Virus record (IMG/VR): IMGVR_UViG_3300031260_000098
Span: 1-34,589 of that record
Length of the DNA stretch: 34,589 bases
DNA from: a virus
Lineage: Duplodnaviria; Caudoviricetes
Direction: 5' to 3' (one strand)
Part shown: positions 17,900 through 27,995 of the stretch, piece after piece
Layout of the letters: the number at the start of each line of letters is the position of its first letter
Numbering within the stretch: the first letter of the stretch is position 1
Notes under the pieces: generated by a model
What the model was told of the DNA's origin: nothing
Seen by the model: the letters and a program-made list of their open reading frames with translations, nothing else
Database searches by the model: none
Position numbers and translations under genes: made by a program

Positions 17900-18004
17900 G
17901 CTTTGATTTTCGACGACTGTCGGGCTCGATGCAGAATTCAACCCTATCGACAGCAGCGTTAGGCAAGACTTCTTTCAGGGCTCACAACTGGAGTACTGCA
18001 ACCA

Positions 18005-18448
18005 TCATCGCATGCGTGTTTCCACCCAATTTGCCACGATCAGCCCCGGCACGCTGTCCAATGCCCGGTCGGCATCCCGCGCCAAGTCCAGCCGCTTCGG
18101 CAGCTTCACCTGCGGCACTAGCAGGAAGATCGGCGCGGTGACCTTTCCACGCCCGGTCTTCGAGCGCGACACCACCGCCTGGCCCTTCGTGTCCAGCCGT
18201 CCCTCCGCCACCAGCAGGCTGGGGCCGGTGCGGCGATAAACGAAACGCAGGCGAAGACCGCGTCGCCGTTCCCATTCGCCGGGGGTGATCCGGCCGCCGC
18301 GCAGGGACTTGCCTGCGGCGGGCAGCGGGATCGCCAGCCAGAACCCGGTCTTCGAGCGGATCAGCGGGCCGGTGTCATGCGCGCCGACTATGACGGGCGC
18401 ATTCGACCACACAAGCGAGGCGGCGTCGATTCTCTCGCCCGACCTCGG
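18005..18448 (-). pseudogene. 5'-truncated DUF6441-like neck/tail completion gene
   Basis: LVWSNAPVIVGAHDTGPLIRS...IFLLVPQVKLPKRLDL is present; the N-terminus is replaced by the IS21 end. Confidence 0.75.
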
Positions 18449-18602
18449 TGCGGGTTTCGCTAATTCCCGGACACGGATTTCAGTAATTCCCGGACACGCG
18501 TTTCGGTAATTCCCGGACAGTTCGGGGAGACCCTGGACACGGTTGGTCATCGCCTACGCCGTCACGGCACTCTGCTGGTCTTGAACAAGATCGGGAGGGG
18601 AC

Positions 18603-20156
18603 ATGCCAAGACGGAAGCAACCGAGGCGCATGACTGTGCAAGACATACGAACTATATTGCGGCTGACGCATGAACAGGGGCTTTCTGTGCGCGAGGTTGG
18701 TCTGCGCCTGAAGCTCAGCAAGACGACCGTGGCGACCTACCTGCACCGCGCCCGGGAGGCGGGTCTGAACTGCTGGCCATTGCCATCCGGCCGCGATGAC
18801 GATGCGACACTGAAGCAGGTCCTTTTCCAGCGTGTCGGCCGCCCGCCTCGGGATCTGAGCGAACCCGACTGGCCGAAGATGGCCGCGGAGATGAAGCGCA
18901 AGGGCGTGACGTTGGTGCTGCTCTGGGAGGAGTACCGCAGCGCCCATCCCGACGGTTATGGCTACACTTGGTTCTGCGAACGCTACCGCGAGTTCGAGAA
19001 CCGCATCAGCCCCAGGTATCGCAATCGCCATGAGGCCGGCGCGGTGATGCAGACCGATTACGCCGGCCACACGATCCCGGTGATCGACCCGGGCATAGGC
19101 CGCGAGCATCGCGCTCAAATCTTTGTCGCCGTTCTTGGCGCTTCGAACTACACTTTCGCCTGGGCGAGCCTCAGCCAGAAGCTGCCCGACTGGATTGATG
19201 CCCAGGTCCGGGCCCTGAAGTTCTTCGGCGGGGTCCCCAAGGCGATTGTCTGCGATAATCTCAAGGCCGCGGTGGCCAAACCGCTCTGGTTCGAGCCGTC
19301 GCTGACCAAGACCTTCTCCGACATGGCCACGCACTACGACACCACGGTGCTGCCCACACGGCCCCGCAAGCCGCGCGACAAGGGCAAGGTCGAAGGGGCG
19401 GTGCTGATCGTGGAGCGCTGGATCCTTGCACGCCTGCGCAACCGGCAGTTCTTTTCCATCGAGGCGCTGAACGTCGCCATTGCCGAACTGCTCGATGATC
19501 TGAATGCCCGGACCATGCGGCGGGTCGGACGCTCGCGGCGGGAGCTGTTCGAAGAGATCGAACGCCCGGCACTCAGCCCGTTGCCCGATACACCCTTTGA
19601 GTACGCCGAATGGAAGCGGGCCAAGGTGCATCCCGATTACCACATCGAGATTCTGCACGGTTTCTATTCCGTGCCGCATCGCCTGATCGGCCGCCAGGTC
19701 GATGTCCGGCTCACCCACCGCATGATCGAGATTTTCCATAATCATGAACGCGTTGCGGTTCACCACCGCCGCGGACAGCGCGGCGGCCATACCACCATCA
19801 AGGAGCACATGCCCAAGGCGCATCAGCGCTACGGCGGCATGACGCCCGAGAGCCTGATCACCCGAGCCGCCCGCACCGGCTATCACGCCGCCGCGCTCGT
19901 CGAGCGGCTGATGCGCGACAGGCCGCATCCGGAACAGGGCTATCGATCTGCCTTGGGTGTTCTTGGCCTGGAACGGCAGTTCGGGGCGGACAGGCTGGAA
20001 GCGGCCTGCGAACGCGCCCTGACGGTCGGCACAGTCACCTATGCCTCGGTTCGCTCCATCCTGATCACCGGTCTGGATCGGGCACCCAGCCCGCCAGACC
20101 CGGTCACCGCCACGCCGGTTCACGACAACATCCGTGGCCCCGGCTACTACCAGTAA
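18603..20156 (+). CDS. istA: IS21 transposase IstA
   Basis: N-terminal HTH; DDE residues in QTDYAG, CDNLK and KGKVE. Confidence 0.96.
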   Translation: MPRRKQPRRMTVQDIRTILRLTHEQGLSVREVGLRLKLSKTTVATYLHRAREAGLNCWPLPSGRDDDATLKQVLFQRVGRPPRDLSEPDWPKMAAEMKRKGVTLVLLWEEYRSAHPDGYGYTWFCERYREFENRISPRYRNRHEAGAVMQTDYAGHTIPVIDPGIGREHRAQIFVAVLGASNYTFAWASLSQKLPDWIDAQVRALKFFGGVPKAIVCDNLKAAVAKPLWFEPSLTKTFSDMATHYDTTVLPTRPRKPRDKGKVEGAVLIVERWILARLRNRQFFSIEALNVAIAELLDDLNARTMRRVGRSRRELFEEIERPALSPLPDTPFEYAEWKRAKVHPDYHIEILHGFYSVPHRLIGRQVDVRLTHRMIEIFHNHERVAVHHRRGQRGGHTTIKEHMPKAHQRYGGMTPESLITRAARTGYHAAALVERLMRDRPHPEQGYRSALGVLGLERQFGADRLEAACERALTVGTVTYASVRSILITGLDRAPSPPDPVTATPVHDNIRGPGYYQ

Positions 20157-20175
20157 CCCTCGAAAGGACAAACAA

Positions 20176-20958
20176 ATGCTGACACACCCCACACTCGACC
20201 AGATGGCCGCGCTCGGCCTGACAGGCATGGCAGACGCCTGGAAGGCGCTGGCCGAACAGGATCCGGGTCAGGCCCTCGAGCGCAATGAATGGCTCGGCCT
20301 CATGCTCGACCGCGAAGCCGCAGCCCGCGCCGACAAGCGCTTCGCCAACAGGCTGCGCAATGCGAAGATGCGCTTTCCCAACGCCTGCATCGAAGATGTC
20401 GATTTCGCCGCCAGCCGGGGGCTCGACCGGCGTCAGATCCTCGCGCTCGCCCAAGGCGACTGGATCAAGGCCCGCGAACAGATCATCCTCACGGGCCAGA
20501 CCGGCACTGGCAAGACCTGGCTCGCCTGTGCCTTCGGCCATCAGGCCGCACGCCTGGATCATTCCGTCCTCTATGTCCGGATGCCGCGGCTCTTCGAAGA
20601 CATGGCCATGGCACGCCTCGATGGGCGCTTTCCCCGCCTCGTCGACAAGCTGGCCCGCGTCCAGCTGCTGGTGCTCGACGACTGGGGCACGCATGGGCTG
20701 ACCGACCAGCAGCGGCTCGATCTGCTCGAGCTTTTCGAGGAGCGCTACCAGCGGCGGTCCACCATCATCACCGCCCAGCTGCCCGTGTCAGGGTGGCATG
20801 ACATGATCGGCGAGCCCACCATTGCCGATGCCATCCTCGACCGGATCGTCCACAACGCACACCGCATTGAACTCAAGGGAGACAGCATGCGCAAAAAGGA
20901 CCGGAACGCGGCCTTGACCTCCGCCGAAAACACCGAAACTATCCGAACCGAAACATGA
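20176..20958 (+). CDS. istB: IS21 helper ATPase IstB
   Basis: Walker A GQTGTGKT, Walker B LLVLDD and [10 protein letters not shown]; SD AAGGA before ATG 20176. Confidence 0.96.
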   Translation: MLTHPTLDQMAALGLTGMADAWKALAEQDPGQALERNEWLGLMLDREAAARADKRFANRLRNAKMRFPNACIEDVDFAASRGLDRRQILALAQGDWIKAREQIILTGQTGTGKTWLACAFGHQAARLDHSVLYVRMPRLFEDMAMARLDGRFPRLVDKLARVQLLVLDDWGTHGLTDQQRLDLLELFEERYQRRSTIITAQLPVSGWHDMIGEPTIADAILDRIVHNAHRIELKGDSMRKKDRNAALTSAENTETIRTET

Positions 20959-21060
20959 TCGCAGGCAGATGATCAGCCGTGCCCGAACTGTCCGGGAATT
21001 ACTGAAACGGCTGTCCGGGAATTAGCGTAATCGCTGTCCGGTATTTCTGAAATCCGCAGG

Positions 21061-23124
21061 TTACGCGCCCGGGTTCTTGTAGAGGCCGCGCCAGTCGATG
21101 GCCTTGGCGCCGAAGTCGAGGCGGCACTTGATCTCGACGCCGTCGACGTCGAAGCCGTTGCGCGTCTCGATGTAGGCGCCCTGCTGACCCTCGAGATAGG
21201 CGTACTCGATGGTGTCGATCTGGTTCGGGCTGGCCGCCAGATACCAGGCGGTCTCGCTGGCGGCGTCGAGCCGGGGCTCGCTGATCGGCGCGAGCGTGCG
21301 GATCGACTGCGGCACCACGCTAGACGTCGCGGCGGGCACGAGGTTCTGGGCGACCAGCTGTTCGGCCTTCAGTTCCAGCGAGGCGGGCACGATCAGGAAC
21401 GCCGGGCGGACGTTCAGCACCGTCTTCTTGTCGAGCCCCGTCTGCTTCGCCATCGCGGCGCGGGCGGCGCCGACGCTGCCGACGTCGAGCGCCGCGCCAG
21501 TGCCGGCGAGGTTCTTGTGCGTGGTGTGGAACAGCGCGTTGCCATCGGCCATGGCCGGGTTGGCGGTGATGATCCCCCAGACCACGTCCGACTCCAGCTG
21601 GGCGATGGAATTGCCGTACATCGCCGGGATCCGCGTGAAGGCGTCGAGATCGTCGTTGATCAGGGTCTGGCGGGTGATCGCGACCACCCGGCCATAAGTC
21701 TTGACCTTGTAGCTCTCCTTGCTCTCGCCGAGCGTGCCCCGCTTGAACTCGCCGCTCTCGCCGACCTCGAGCAGCTGCGGCGCTTCGCCGAGCTGGACGC
21801 GGTGCATGGCCTTGAAGTCGGTGGCGAGCACCTGGCGGCAGAACAGCATGAAGGTGCGGGGATAGGCCTCGTAGGCCTGTCGCAAGGTCTTGTTGGTGAC
21901 CGCCGACAGGATCTCGGGGAAGTCCGAGGTCGAATGCAGCGCCCGAGTCGCCACCTCGTCGCGCGACAGGCCGCGCGTGTTCACCCCGGCATTGCCGAGG
22001 CTTTCGCGGGCGAGCTCCAGCAGCGTCATGCCGCGATACTGGCGGGCGGCGTCCTCCAGCGTGAACAGCGTCGGGCTGTAGCGGTGCAGCAGCGCGTTCG
22101 CCACCGCATCGCGGCGGGTGATGCGCTCGTCGCGGCCGCCGAGCGGGACGGAGACATGGGGGAATGTCCGGGTCTCTTCCGACTTGGCAGCTACCTGATC
22201 AAGGATCAGGCGGCGGGAATCGTCGACGCTGACGCCGCGCTTGACCAGATCCTCGGCGAAGCCCCGCTCGAGGTTCAGGCGGCCCACGAGATCGTAGATG
22301 GTGGAGACGCGGTCGCGCTCGGCCTCGCGGGCGCGGGTGGCGACCGCTTCGGTGTCGGGCGCGCCGAGGGCATCGGTATTCTGAAGCTTCGGCTGGGCGC
22401 GGGTTTCCGCTGCGGCGACCTTCGGGTCGGGCGCAGCCGCTTTCGGCTCGGTCATGGACGTGTCCTCGGTTTCGACCGGCTCGGTCGGCTGGGTGGTGGC
22501 GGATGCGGCGTCGCGCGCCGGGGTCTGAATCTTGTCCGTCATCGGGATCGGTCCTTTCGGGCTGGAAGGGGCGTCCCGGCGGTGAAGGACGCAGTCGTGA
22601 AGGGGATGCTGGGTGCGGAAGCCCGCTGCGGGGTCGGCGCCGACCGCGACGGCGGAGACCTCGAAGGGCGTCCAGTCGACGGCGCGCCAGAGTTCGCGCG
22701 CGGCCTCGGGTTTCGAGACCTCGAAGCGGTGGACCTGGTAGCCGATGGAGACCGCGCGGATGTGCCCGGCCTGGATGTCGCGCCAGATCGGCTCGACATC
22801 GGCACGCTCGGAGATCCGCACCAGCGCGATGCCGCGGCCGTTCTCGATCCGCGCGGAGCCCGGCACGACCGAGCCGATCACCGCGTCGAGCGTGTCGAGC
22901 TCATGCACCTTAAGGAACGGCGCGCCCGCGTTCAGCCGGTCGAGCCGGACATGGGCGGGATCGAGGCTCAGCTCCTCGTCGTAGGGCTCCCCGAAGAATG
23001 TCGCGCGCCGGACGCGGGCCCCGGCCGACCAGACCACCTCGACGGTGCGGCTGTCGGCATCGGCGGTGTTCGGAGCAAGCTCCGCCGACCGGCGCATGGC
23101 CGGCAGTTCGATCATCGTGTCCAT
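21061..23124 (-). CDS. Prohead protease / major capsid protein fusion
   Basis: N-terminal protease-like region (H in FLKVH, VSIGY, WTPFEVSAV..GAD), a low-complexity scaffold linker, and a capsid domain (STSDFP, YGRVVAITRQTLINDDL, DFGAKAIDWRG). Confidence 0.92.
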   Translation of the reverse strand: MDTMIELPAMRRSAELAPNTADADSRTVEVVWSAGARVRRATFFGEPYDEELSLDPAHVRLDRLNAGAPFLKVHELDTLDAVIGSVVPGSARIENGRGIALVRISERADVEPIWRDIQAGHIRAVSIGYQVHRFEVSKPEAARELWRAVDWTPFEVSAVAVGADPAAGFRTQHPLHDCVLHRRDAPSSPKGPIPMTDKIQTPARDAASATTQPTEPVETEDTSMTEPKAAAPDPKVAAAETRAQPKLQNTDALGAPDTEAVATRAREAERDRVSTIYDLVGRLNLERGFAEDLVKRGVSVDDSRRLILDQVAAKSEETRTFPHVSVPLGGRDERITRRDAVANALLHRYSPTLFTLEDAARQYRGMTLLELARESLGNAGVNTRGLSRDEVATRALHSTSDFPEILSAVTNKTLRQAYEAYPRTFMLFCRQVLATDFKAMHRVQLGEAPQLLEVGESGEFKRGTLGESKESYKVKTYGRVVAITRQTLINDDLDAFTRIPAMYGNSIAQLESDVVWGIITANPAMADGNALFHTTHKNLAGTGAALDVGSVGAARAAMAKQTGLDKKTVLNVRPAFLIVPASLELKAEQLVAQNLVPAATSSVVPQSIRTLAPISEPRLDAASETAWYLAASPNQIDTIEYAYLEGQQGAYIETRNGFDVDGVEIKCRLDFGAKAIDWRGLYKNPGA

Positions 23125-23128
23125 GAGG

Positions 23129-24685
23129 TCAGTCCTGTTGGTCGGCCTGTGCCGGGTCATTGTCCGCGTCGGCAGCCGGGTCGTCGTCGGTGGTGCCGTC
23201 GGCGGCGGGATCGGTCGCCGGATCGTTGCTCTGCGCGCTGCCGGTTTTTGTGACGCGGCGCGGGTCGCTGTCGAGCACCAGCCCCAGCGCGTCGAGCTTG
23301 GCGTTGGTTGCGGCGATCTCGGCCAGCACGGCGTCCGGGTTGCGGCCCTGCCGCGCGATCACCTCGGCCAGTGTCATGGTGCCGGAGCGGATCGACAGCA
23401 GGTTCGCCATCGCATCCTTCTGCGGATCGACCGCCTCGAACTTCGGTGGCGACCATTCGACCGGCACGATTGGCGACGGGATCTGGCCCGCTGCCCATGC
23501 GGCTTCGGTGAACCACCGCCAGACCGGCGCGCAGAACATCGGAATGAACAGCTGCCACTGGACGGCGTCGATCTGGCGGCGGAACTCCACGAGTCCCGCC
23601 CGGATCGAGGAATAGTTCACCTGGGACAGGTCCCCGGTCAGCAACTCGTAGGGCACCCGGAACCCGGCCGAGATCGTGTGCAGGCTGGCCCGCTTGTACT
23701 CACCGTAGCCGCCGGTGGCGGAGGGCTGGTTGAAGCGGATGTCCTTGCCGCCGCGCGCATAGGCAATCAGCCCCGGTTCGAACTGCTCGACGCGGTTGCC
23801 GTCGGCGTCGACCACGGACGGCGCGATGCCCTGCTGCGCCTCGTCGTCGCCGAAGACGATGGCCGTGACGCAGGCCTCGGTCTTCTTTCGGACCAGCTCG
23901 GCGACCTCGTAATCGTCGAGATCGCGCAAGGACCGAATGACCGGCGCGCCCCAGGGAACGCCGCGCGCCTGCGTGCGCTGCTTCTCGTAGACATGGGCGA
24001 TCTCGGTCGCCGGGACCGGGCGGCTCTGCAGACCGTTCTGCAAGGCCCCGTAGGCGTCGCCCGGATGTTCGGCATGGAGCCAGTAGGCCCTGCGCTTGCC
24101 GACCGGGTCGAACTCGATCCCCTGCACCAGCCGCCCCGCGCCGAGGGCGCCGGATTTCGTGGCGTCGAGGAAGTCGGCCTCGAGCACCTGCAGTTGCAGC
24201 GGCACCGGCAGGCCGTCGCTCGCGCGCCGCAGGCGACGGCGCACCAGAACCTCGCCCGCCTCGACCATCTCGCGGCAGATCAGCGTCTGCAGCCCGTAGA
24301 AGTCGAGCTGGCCGTCGGCGTCGCAGTCCGCGGTCCAGCGCTCGAACAGCGCGTCGACCTTCCGGTCGAGCTTGTCGTCGCCGCTGGCGGCACGGGGCAT
24401 GATGCCAGCGCCGATGATGTTGTTCACCAGCACCGCAACGGCCTTGGCCGCATGCGGGTTGTTGCGCACGAGGTCGCGCATCCGGTCACGCAGCAGCGCC
24501 CCGGCGACGCCGATCTCGGTGTCGGCCGAGGATCCCGGTGCGCGCCAGCCCTCCGTCCGCCGTCCGCGTGCGGCGCCATCGTAGCCCCGTGTCAGGGTCT
24601 CGAAGGCCTGACGCGCCATCACGCGGCGGGCAGCCATGCGCGGCGCCACCGTGGCGATGGCATGATCGAACCAGGTCGCCGACAT
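23129..24685 (-). CDS. Lambda-family portal protein
   Basis: LRDRMRDLVRNN, QARGVPW, YELLTGDLSQVNYSSIRAG and VDPQKD motifs. Confidence 0.95.
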   Translation of the reverse strand: MSATWFDHAIATVAPRMAARRVMARQAFETLTRGYDGAARGRRTEGWRAPGSSADTEIGVAGALLRDRMRDLVRNNPHAAKAVAVLVNNIIGAGIMPRAASGDDKLDRKVDALFERWTADCDADGQLDFYGLQTLICREMVEAGEVLVRRRLRRASDGLPVPLQLQVLEADFLDATKSGALGAGRLVQGIEFDPVGKRRAYWLHAEHPGDAYGALQNGLQSRPVPATEIAHVYEKQRTQARGVPWGAPVIRSLRDLDDYEVAELVRKKTEACVTAIVFGDDEAQQGIAPSVVDADGNRVEQFEPGLIAYARGGKDIRFNQPSATGGYGEYKRASLHTISAGFRVPYELLTGDLSQVNYSSIRAGLVEFRRQIDAVQWQLFIPMFCAPVWRWFTEAAWAAGQIPSPIVPVEWSPPKFEAVDPQKDAMANLLSIRSGTMTLAEVIARQGRNPDAVLAEIAATNAKLDALGLVLDSDPRRVTKTGSAQSNDPATDPAADGTTDDDPAADADNDPAQADQQD

Positions 24686-24894
24686 CAGCGATCTCCGCGC
24701 GAGAAGCCCGCGAGCCCGGCCACCGGCAGCGGACGTGTGGTGCCCTCGATGGCGCGCTCGATGGTGCGGATCCGCGCCAGCAGATCGTCGGCCGAACCGT
24801 AGTCGACGGACTTGCCGTCATAGCTCACCCGGGTCGTGCCGCTGGCATAGGCCCGGCGCAGCGCCGAAAGCTCGGTTTCCGTCCAGTCGGTCAT
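24685..24894 (-). CDS. gpW-like head completion/head-tail joining protein
   Basis: 69-aa gene between TerL and portal; GTTRVSYDGKSVDY. Confidence 0.85.
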   Translation of the reverse strand: MTDWTETELSALRRAYASGTTRVSYDGKSVDYGSADDLLARIRTIERAIEGTTRPLPVAGLAGFSRGDR

Positions 24895-27800
24895 CAAAAC
24901 CATCCTCCGCGCCGCCCGAGCCAGTCGGAGCGGCGCTTGCCCTGCGGGGCCTGTCCCGGCCGGTTGATCTGCCCGGCGGGATCGGTGTCGGTGGGGGCCG
25001 CCCCGAGCTGATCCTCAAGGTCGCGCCATTTCTCGTCGGGCCAGCGATCCGCGCCCGCGATCCAGGCGGCGGCGCGGGCATAGACCCGGCAATCCAGCGC
25101 CTCGTTGCGCTCGCGGAGTTTCTGCCATTCCAGCCGGGCGAAGCCGCGTTTCGTGCGCACCGTCACCAGCTGCTCGGCCACGAACTGCTTCAGCCATTCG
25201 TTCTCGACCCAATGCGGCAGATGCACCGACCCGGGCGGAAACGCGGCACCGTCGGCCATGTCCTCCTCGGTCGGCCGCGCCAGCCGCAGGAAGCGGTAGG
25301 TCTCGGCCTTGAAGGTCGAGACCGCCACGGTCCAGAGCCGCGCCCCGCGCCGCAGGCGTTTGCCGCCCTCGGTCGCATCGACAAAGGTCGGGCCCGACAC
25401 CGGGCTCGAGCGGTTGAACCCCTCGACGCCCTTCACCGGCGACACCTGCCCGAACCCCTGCTCCCGCGACCAGGAATAGACCGCCGGGGCCTCGTAGCCC
25501 GTGTCGATGGCGAGCCGCGCAATGCGCAGATGCGCGCCGCGTTCATGCGGCCACGACCGGTCCAGCAGCGCGGTCAGCTCCGACCAGGCGTCATGCCGGT
25601 CGGGCCCGCCCTCGATGACGACGTGATCGACGAGCCAGCTTTCCAGCCCGCGACCCCAGGCCCAGACATCGACCTCGATCCGGTCCTTCTGCACGTCGGC
25701 CCCGGCGGTGAGGAACAGCCCGCCCGCGGGCACCGTGCCGGATGTCCAGCGCTCGCGCCGGTCGTAGAGCCGCTGCCAGTCCGGCGCTTCCCCGGTCTCG
25801 ACCCAGGTCTCGCCGAGGATCGTGTTGCGGAACGCCTTGATCGCCTCGTCCGACCCCTGTGCCGCGTCCCAGGCCCGCACGATCCGCTCCCAGCTCAGCC
25901 AGCCGATCGGCGAATAGAGCGCCGAGAGGTGATACCCGGCCGTGGTCGGATCGGCGGCCGTGGCGGTCGCCCGCCATTCGCCGCCCTCCAGCATGGCCGT
26001 CTTGTGATGCTCCGCGATGGGCGTCTCGCAGCCCTCGCAATGATACTCCGCCGTCTCCGGGCGGCCCTTCTGCCAGCGCAGCCGGTCGAACTTCAGCCAC
26101 TGCATCGCGCCGCAATGCGGGCATGGCACGAAGAACCGGCGCTGGTCGCTGGCCTCGTACTCGCGCTCGATGCGCGACAGCCCCCGGATTGTCGGCGTCG
26201 AGACCAGCAGCACCTTGCGCCGATGGGCGAAGGTCAGCGACCGCGCTTCCGCCAGCGTGACCGGATCGCCTTCCTCGTCGGCAGACGCGGGATACGCGTC
26301 GACCTCGTCGAGAAAGATGTACCGCGCCGGGGTGGACCGCAGCCCGACCGCCGAGTTCGCGCCCGTCATGATCAGGATGCCGCCGGCAAACTCCTTCGAC
26401 AGCATCGTGTTGCCCGCATCCCGCGAGCGGGCGGGCTTCACCCGCTCCCGAAGGTCCGGGCTCTCGTCGATCAGCGGATCGATCCGCTGGCGCGAGTTGC
26501 GCTTGGCCAGTTCCACGGTCGGCTGGACCGCGAGCATCGGCCCCGGCGCCTGGTGGATGGCGAACCCGATCCAGTTGTTGCCTGCCTCGGTGTTGTGTGT
26601 CGGGATCCATCCTTTTCCGCAGAGAAACAGGTGGCTCGGCGAGTCGACCTCAATGCAGCGCACTGGTACGCTGGTAACCGGCCGGATATCGACGATACGG
26701 CGACGACGGCTCTTCCACGGCCGCCCGTTTTCGATCGAGCGCATCCGGGCTCGCTTGCGCGAGAGCCGGAACATCGGCTCCTCGGCATAGGCCGTCCAGG
26801 AAATGCGCCAGTATTCGGCGGATTCGTAGATACGCCCTTCACACCCGAAGACTTTCCGGCGCGCCTTGCTCTGATAGACGGCGGGTTTGTAACCGAGGCT
26901 GCGCAGCAGCTCGACCATCGCGTCGATCAAGCCGCGGTCTGCATTCGAGAACTCGCAACGCTTCCCGTCCGGCGAAATCGTGCCGTCCGAGTCCATCAGC
27001 CCGCGCACCAGTTCCAGCCGCTGCCATCGGCTGGCGCGCATGTACGCCAGGGGCACGTGCTTGTTGTCGAGCACGTCCAGCTGCCTCAGCCGCATGATGA
27101 AGCGCGACCGGAAACAGTCCGAGAACGACGCGCCGCTCGCGTGCCGCATCCGAAAGGTCGGGTCGATCACGACATTGGCGATGCGGCCCTTGCGCCACTT
27201 CGGCAACCGGAACGCCGCCTCGACGCCGCACTCCATTAGATGCTCGACAACCTCGGCATCCTCCTCTTGCACCGAAATGTGGTTCATGATCGACGAACCG
27301 TCACCGAGCCAAAGACCCAGCACATAAGGATGGAGGATCAGGTTCTGGTCTGGCATGTCGACCGGATCGCAACAATCGATGGCATAGCGCCGGCGCTTGC
27401 CCTTCGCCCCGATGATCACGCGTCCAGCCATCTCGGCCGTCGTCAGTGTCCGCGCGGCAGGCCGGTCATTCGTGAAGTCCCAGACCGGCCAGCGGTGTTC
27501 CCCGTCCGCGACGATCCGCTCGCCATCGTCGAACACGACCTCGAAGCAAGCCCGCCCATTGAGCACGGGCGACAGGCCGGTCACCCGGCAGATACGCCCC
27601 CGCTCGTCGTAGAGCAAATCGCCCTCGATGATCTCGCCCATGGTCGTCCAGCCGAAGGGCGTGGGCACGGGCGTTTCGAGCGCGAGCGGGGCGCCGACCT
27701 GCGCCGCCTTCATGAACACGACCCGCTGGGTGGGATCGCCGGGCGAGAGCCGGTCCATGATCTCGCGCATGTAGGGCGTGCGGGCCGTCCGATACTGCCC

Positions 27801-27995
27801 CGGCTCGGCCGAGGCGCGGGACGACAGCTTGCGGTGCCGGTCGGCCCATTCCGACACGGTCAGGTCCGGGTCGGGCCGCAGCCCGGCGAGCCACGCCCGC
27901 AGGACATCCCTGGCCCCGTCGAAGGCCAGCGCGTCCGCGTCCTCAGCGGAGATCGGGCTGGATCTCGGCGAGGTCGTCGAGCTGGGATCGGACAT
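24894..27995 (-). CDS. terL: Terminase large subunit (lambda gpA family), intein-containing
   Basis: TVSEWAD, RTPYMREIMD, Walker A KAAQVGA/TE, Walker B IFLDEVD, STPT, CPHC, GADVQ and RNEALDC motifs. Start codon approximate. Confidence 0.95.
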   Translation of the reverse strand: MSDPSSTTSPRSSPISAEDADALAFDGARDVLRAWLAGLRPDPDLTVSEWADRHRKLSSRASAEPGQYRTARTPYMREIMDRLSPGDPTQRVVFMKAAQVGAPLALETPVPTPFGWTTMGEIIEGDLLYDERGRICRVTGLSPVLNGRACFEVVFDDGERIVADGEHRWPVWDFTNDRPAARTLTTAEMAGRVIIGAKGKRRRYAIDCCDPVDMPDQNLILHPYVLGLWLGDGSSIMNHISVQEEDAEVVEHLMECGVEAAFRLPKWRKGRIANVVIDPTFRMRHASGASFSDCFRSRFIMRLRQLDVLDNKHVPLAYMRASRWQRLELVRGLMDSDGTISPDGKRCEFSNADRGLIDAMVELLRSLGYKPAVYQSKARRKVFGCEGRIYESAEYWRISWTAYAEEPMFRLSRKRARMRSIENGRPWKSRRRRIVDIRPVTSVPVRCIEVDSPSHLFLCGKGWIPTHNTEAGNNWIGFAIHQAPGPMLAVQPTVELAKRNSRQRIDPLIDESPDLRERVKPARSRDAGNTMLSKEFAGGILIMTGANSAVGLRSTPARYIFLDEVDAYPASADEEGDPVTLAEARSLTFAHRRKVLLVSTPTIRGLSRIEREYEASDQRRFFVPCPHCGAMQWLKFDRLRWQKGRPETAEYHCEGCETPIAEHHKTAMLEGGEWRATATAADPTTAGYHLSALYSPIGWLSWERIVRAWDAAQGSDEAIKAFRNTILGETWVETGEAPDWQRLYDRRERWTSGTVPAGGLFLTAGADVQKDRIEVDVWAWGRGLESWLVDHVVIEGGPDRHDAWSELTALLDRSWPHERGAHLRIARLAIDTGYEAPAVYSWSREQGFGQVSPVKGVEGFNRSSPVSGPTFVDATEGGKRLRRGARLWTVAVSTFKAETYRFLRLARPTEEDMADGAAFPPGSVHLPHWVENEWLKQFVAEQLVTVRTKRGFARLEWQKLRERNEALDCRVYARAAAWIAGADRWPDEKWRDLEDQLGAAPTDTDPAGQINRPGQAPQGKRRSDWLGRRGGWF
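26592..27689 (-). mobile_element. 366-aa class 3 intein with LAGLIDADG homing endonuclease
   Basis: Runs PLALETPVPT...WIPTHN with Thr+1; ADGEHRW (block B), VRCIEV (block F), LGLWLGDG and LVRGLMDSDG. Confidence 0.9.

Larger units (their letters stand above)
18449..21058 (+). mobile_element. IS21-family insertion sequence
   Basis: TG...CA ends (TGCGGGTTTC / GAAATCCGCA). Three TAATTCCCGGACA repeats at 23-bp spacing on the left (18461, 18484, 18507) and inverted copies on the right (20989, 21012, degenerate 21035); contains istA-istB. Confidence 0.95.

Noticed and set aside
18461-18519. Regularly spaced TAATTCCCGGACA repeats resembling a mini CRISPR array or iterons
   Set aside because: 13-bp repeats with 10-bp spacers, mirrored at 20989-21047, are the usual multiple terminal repeats of IS21 elements; no cas genes are present.
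23129-23230. DPA-rich repeats at the portal C-terminus
   Set aside because: Low-complexity acidic tail, typical of variable portal ends.
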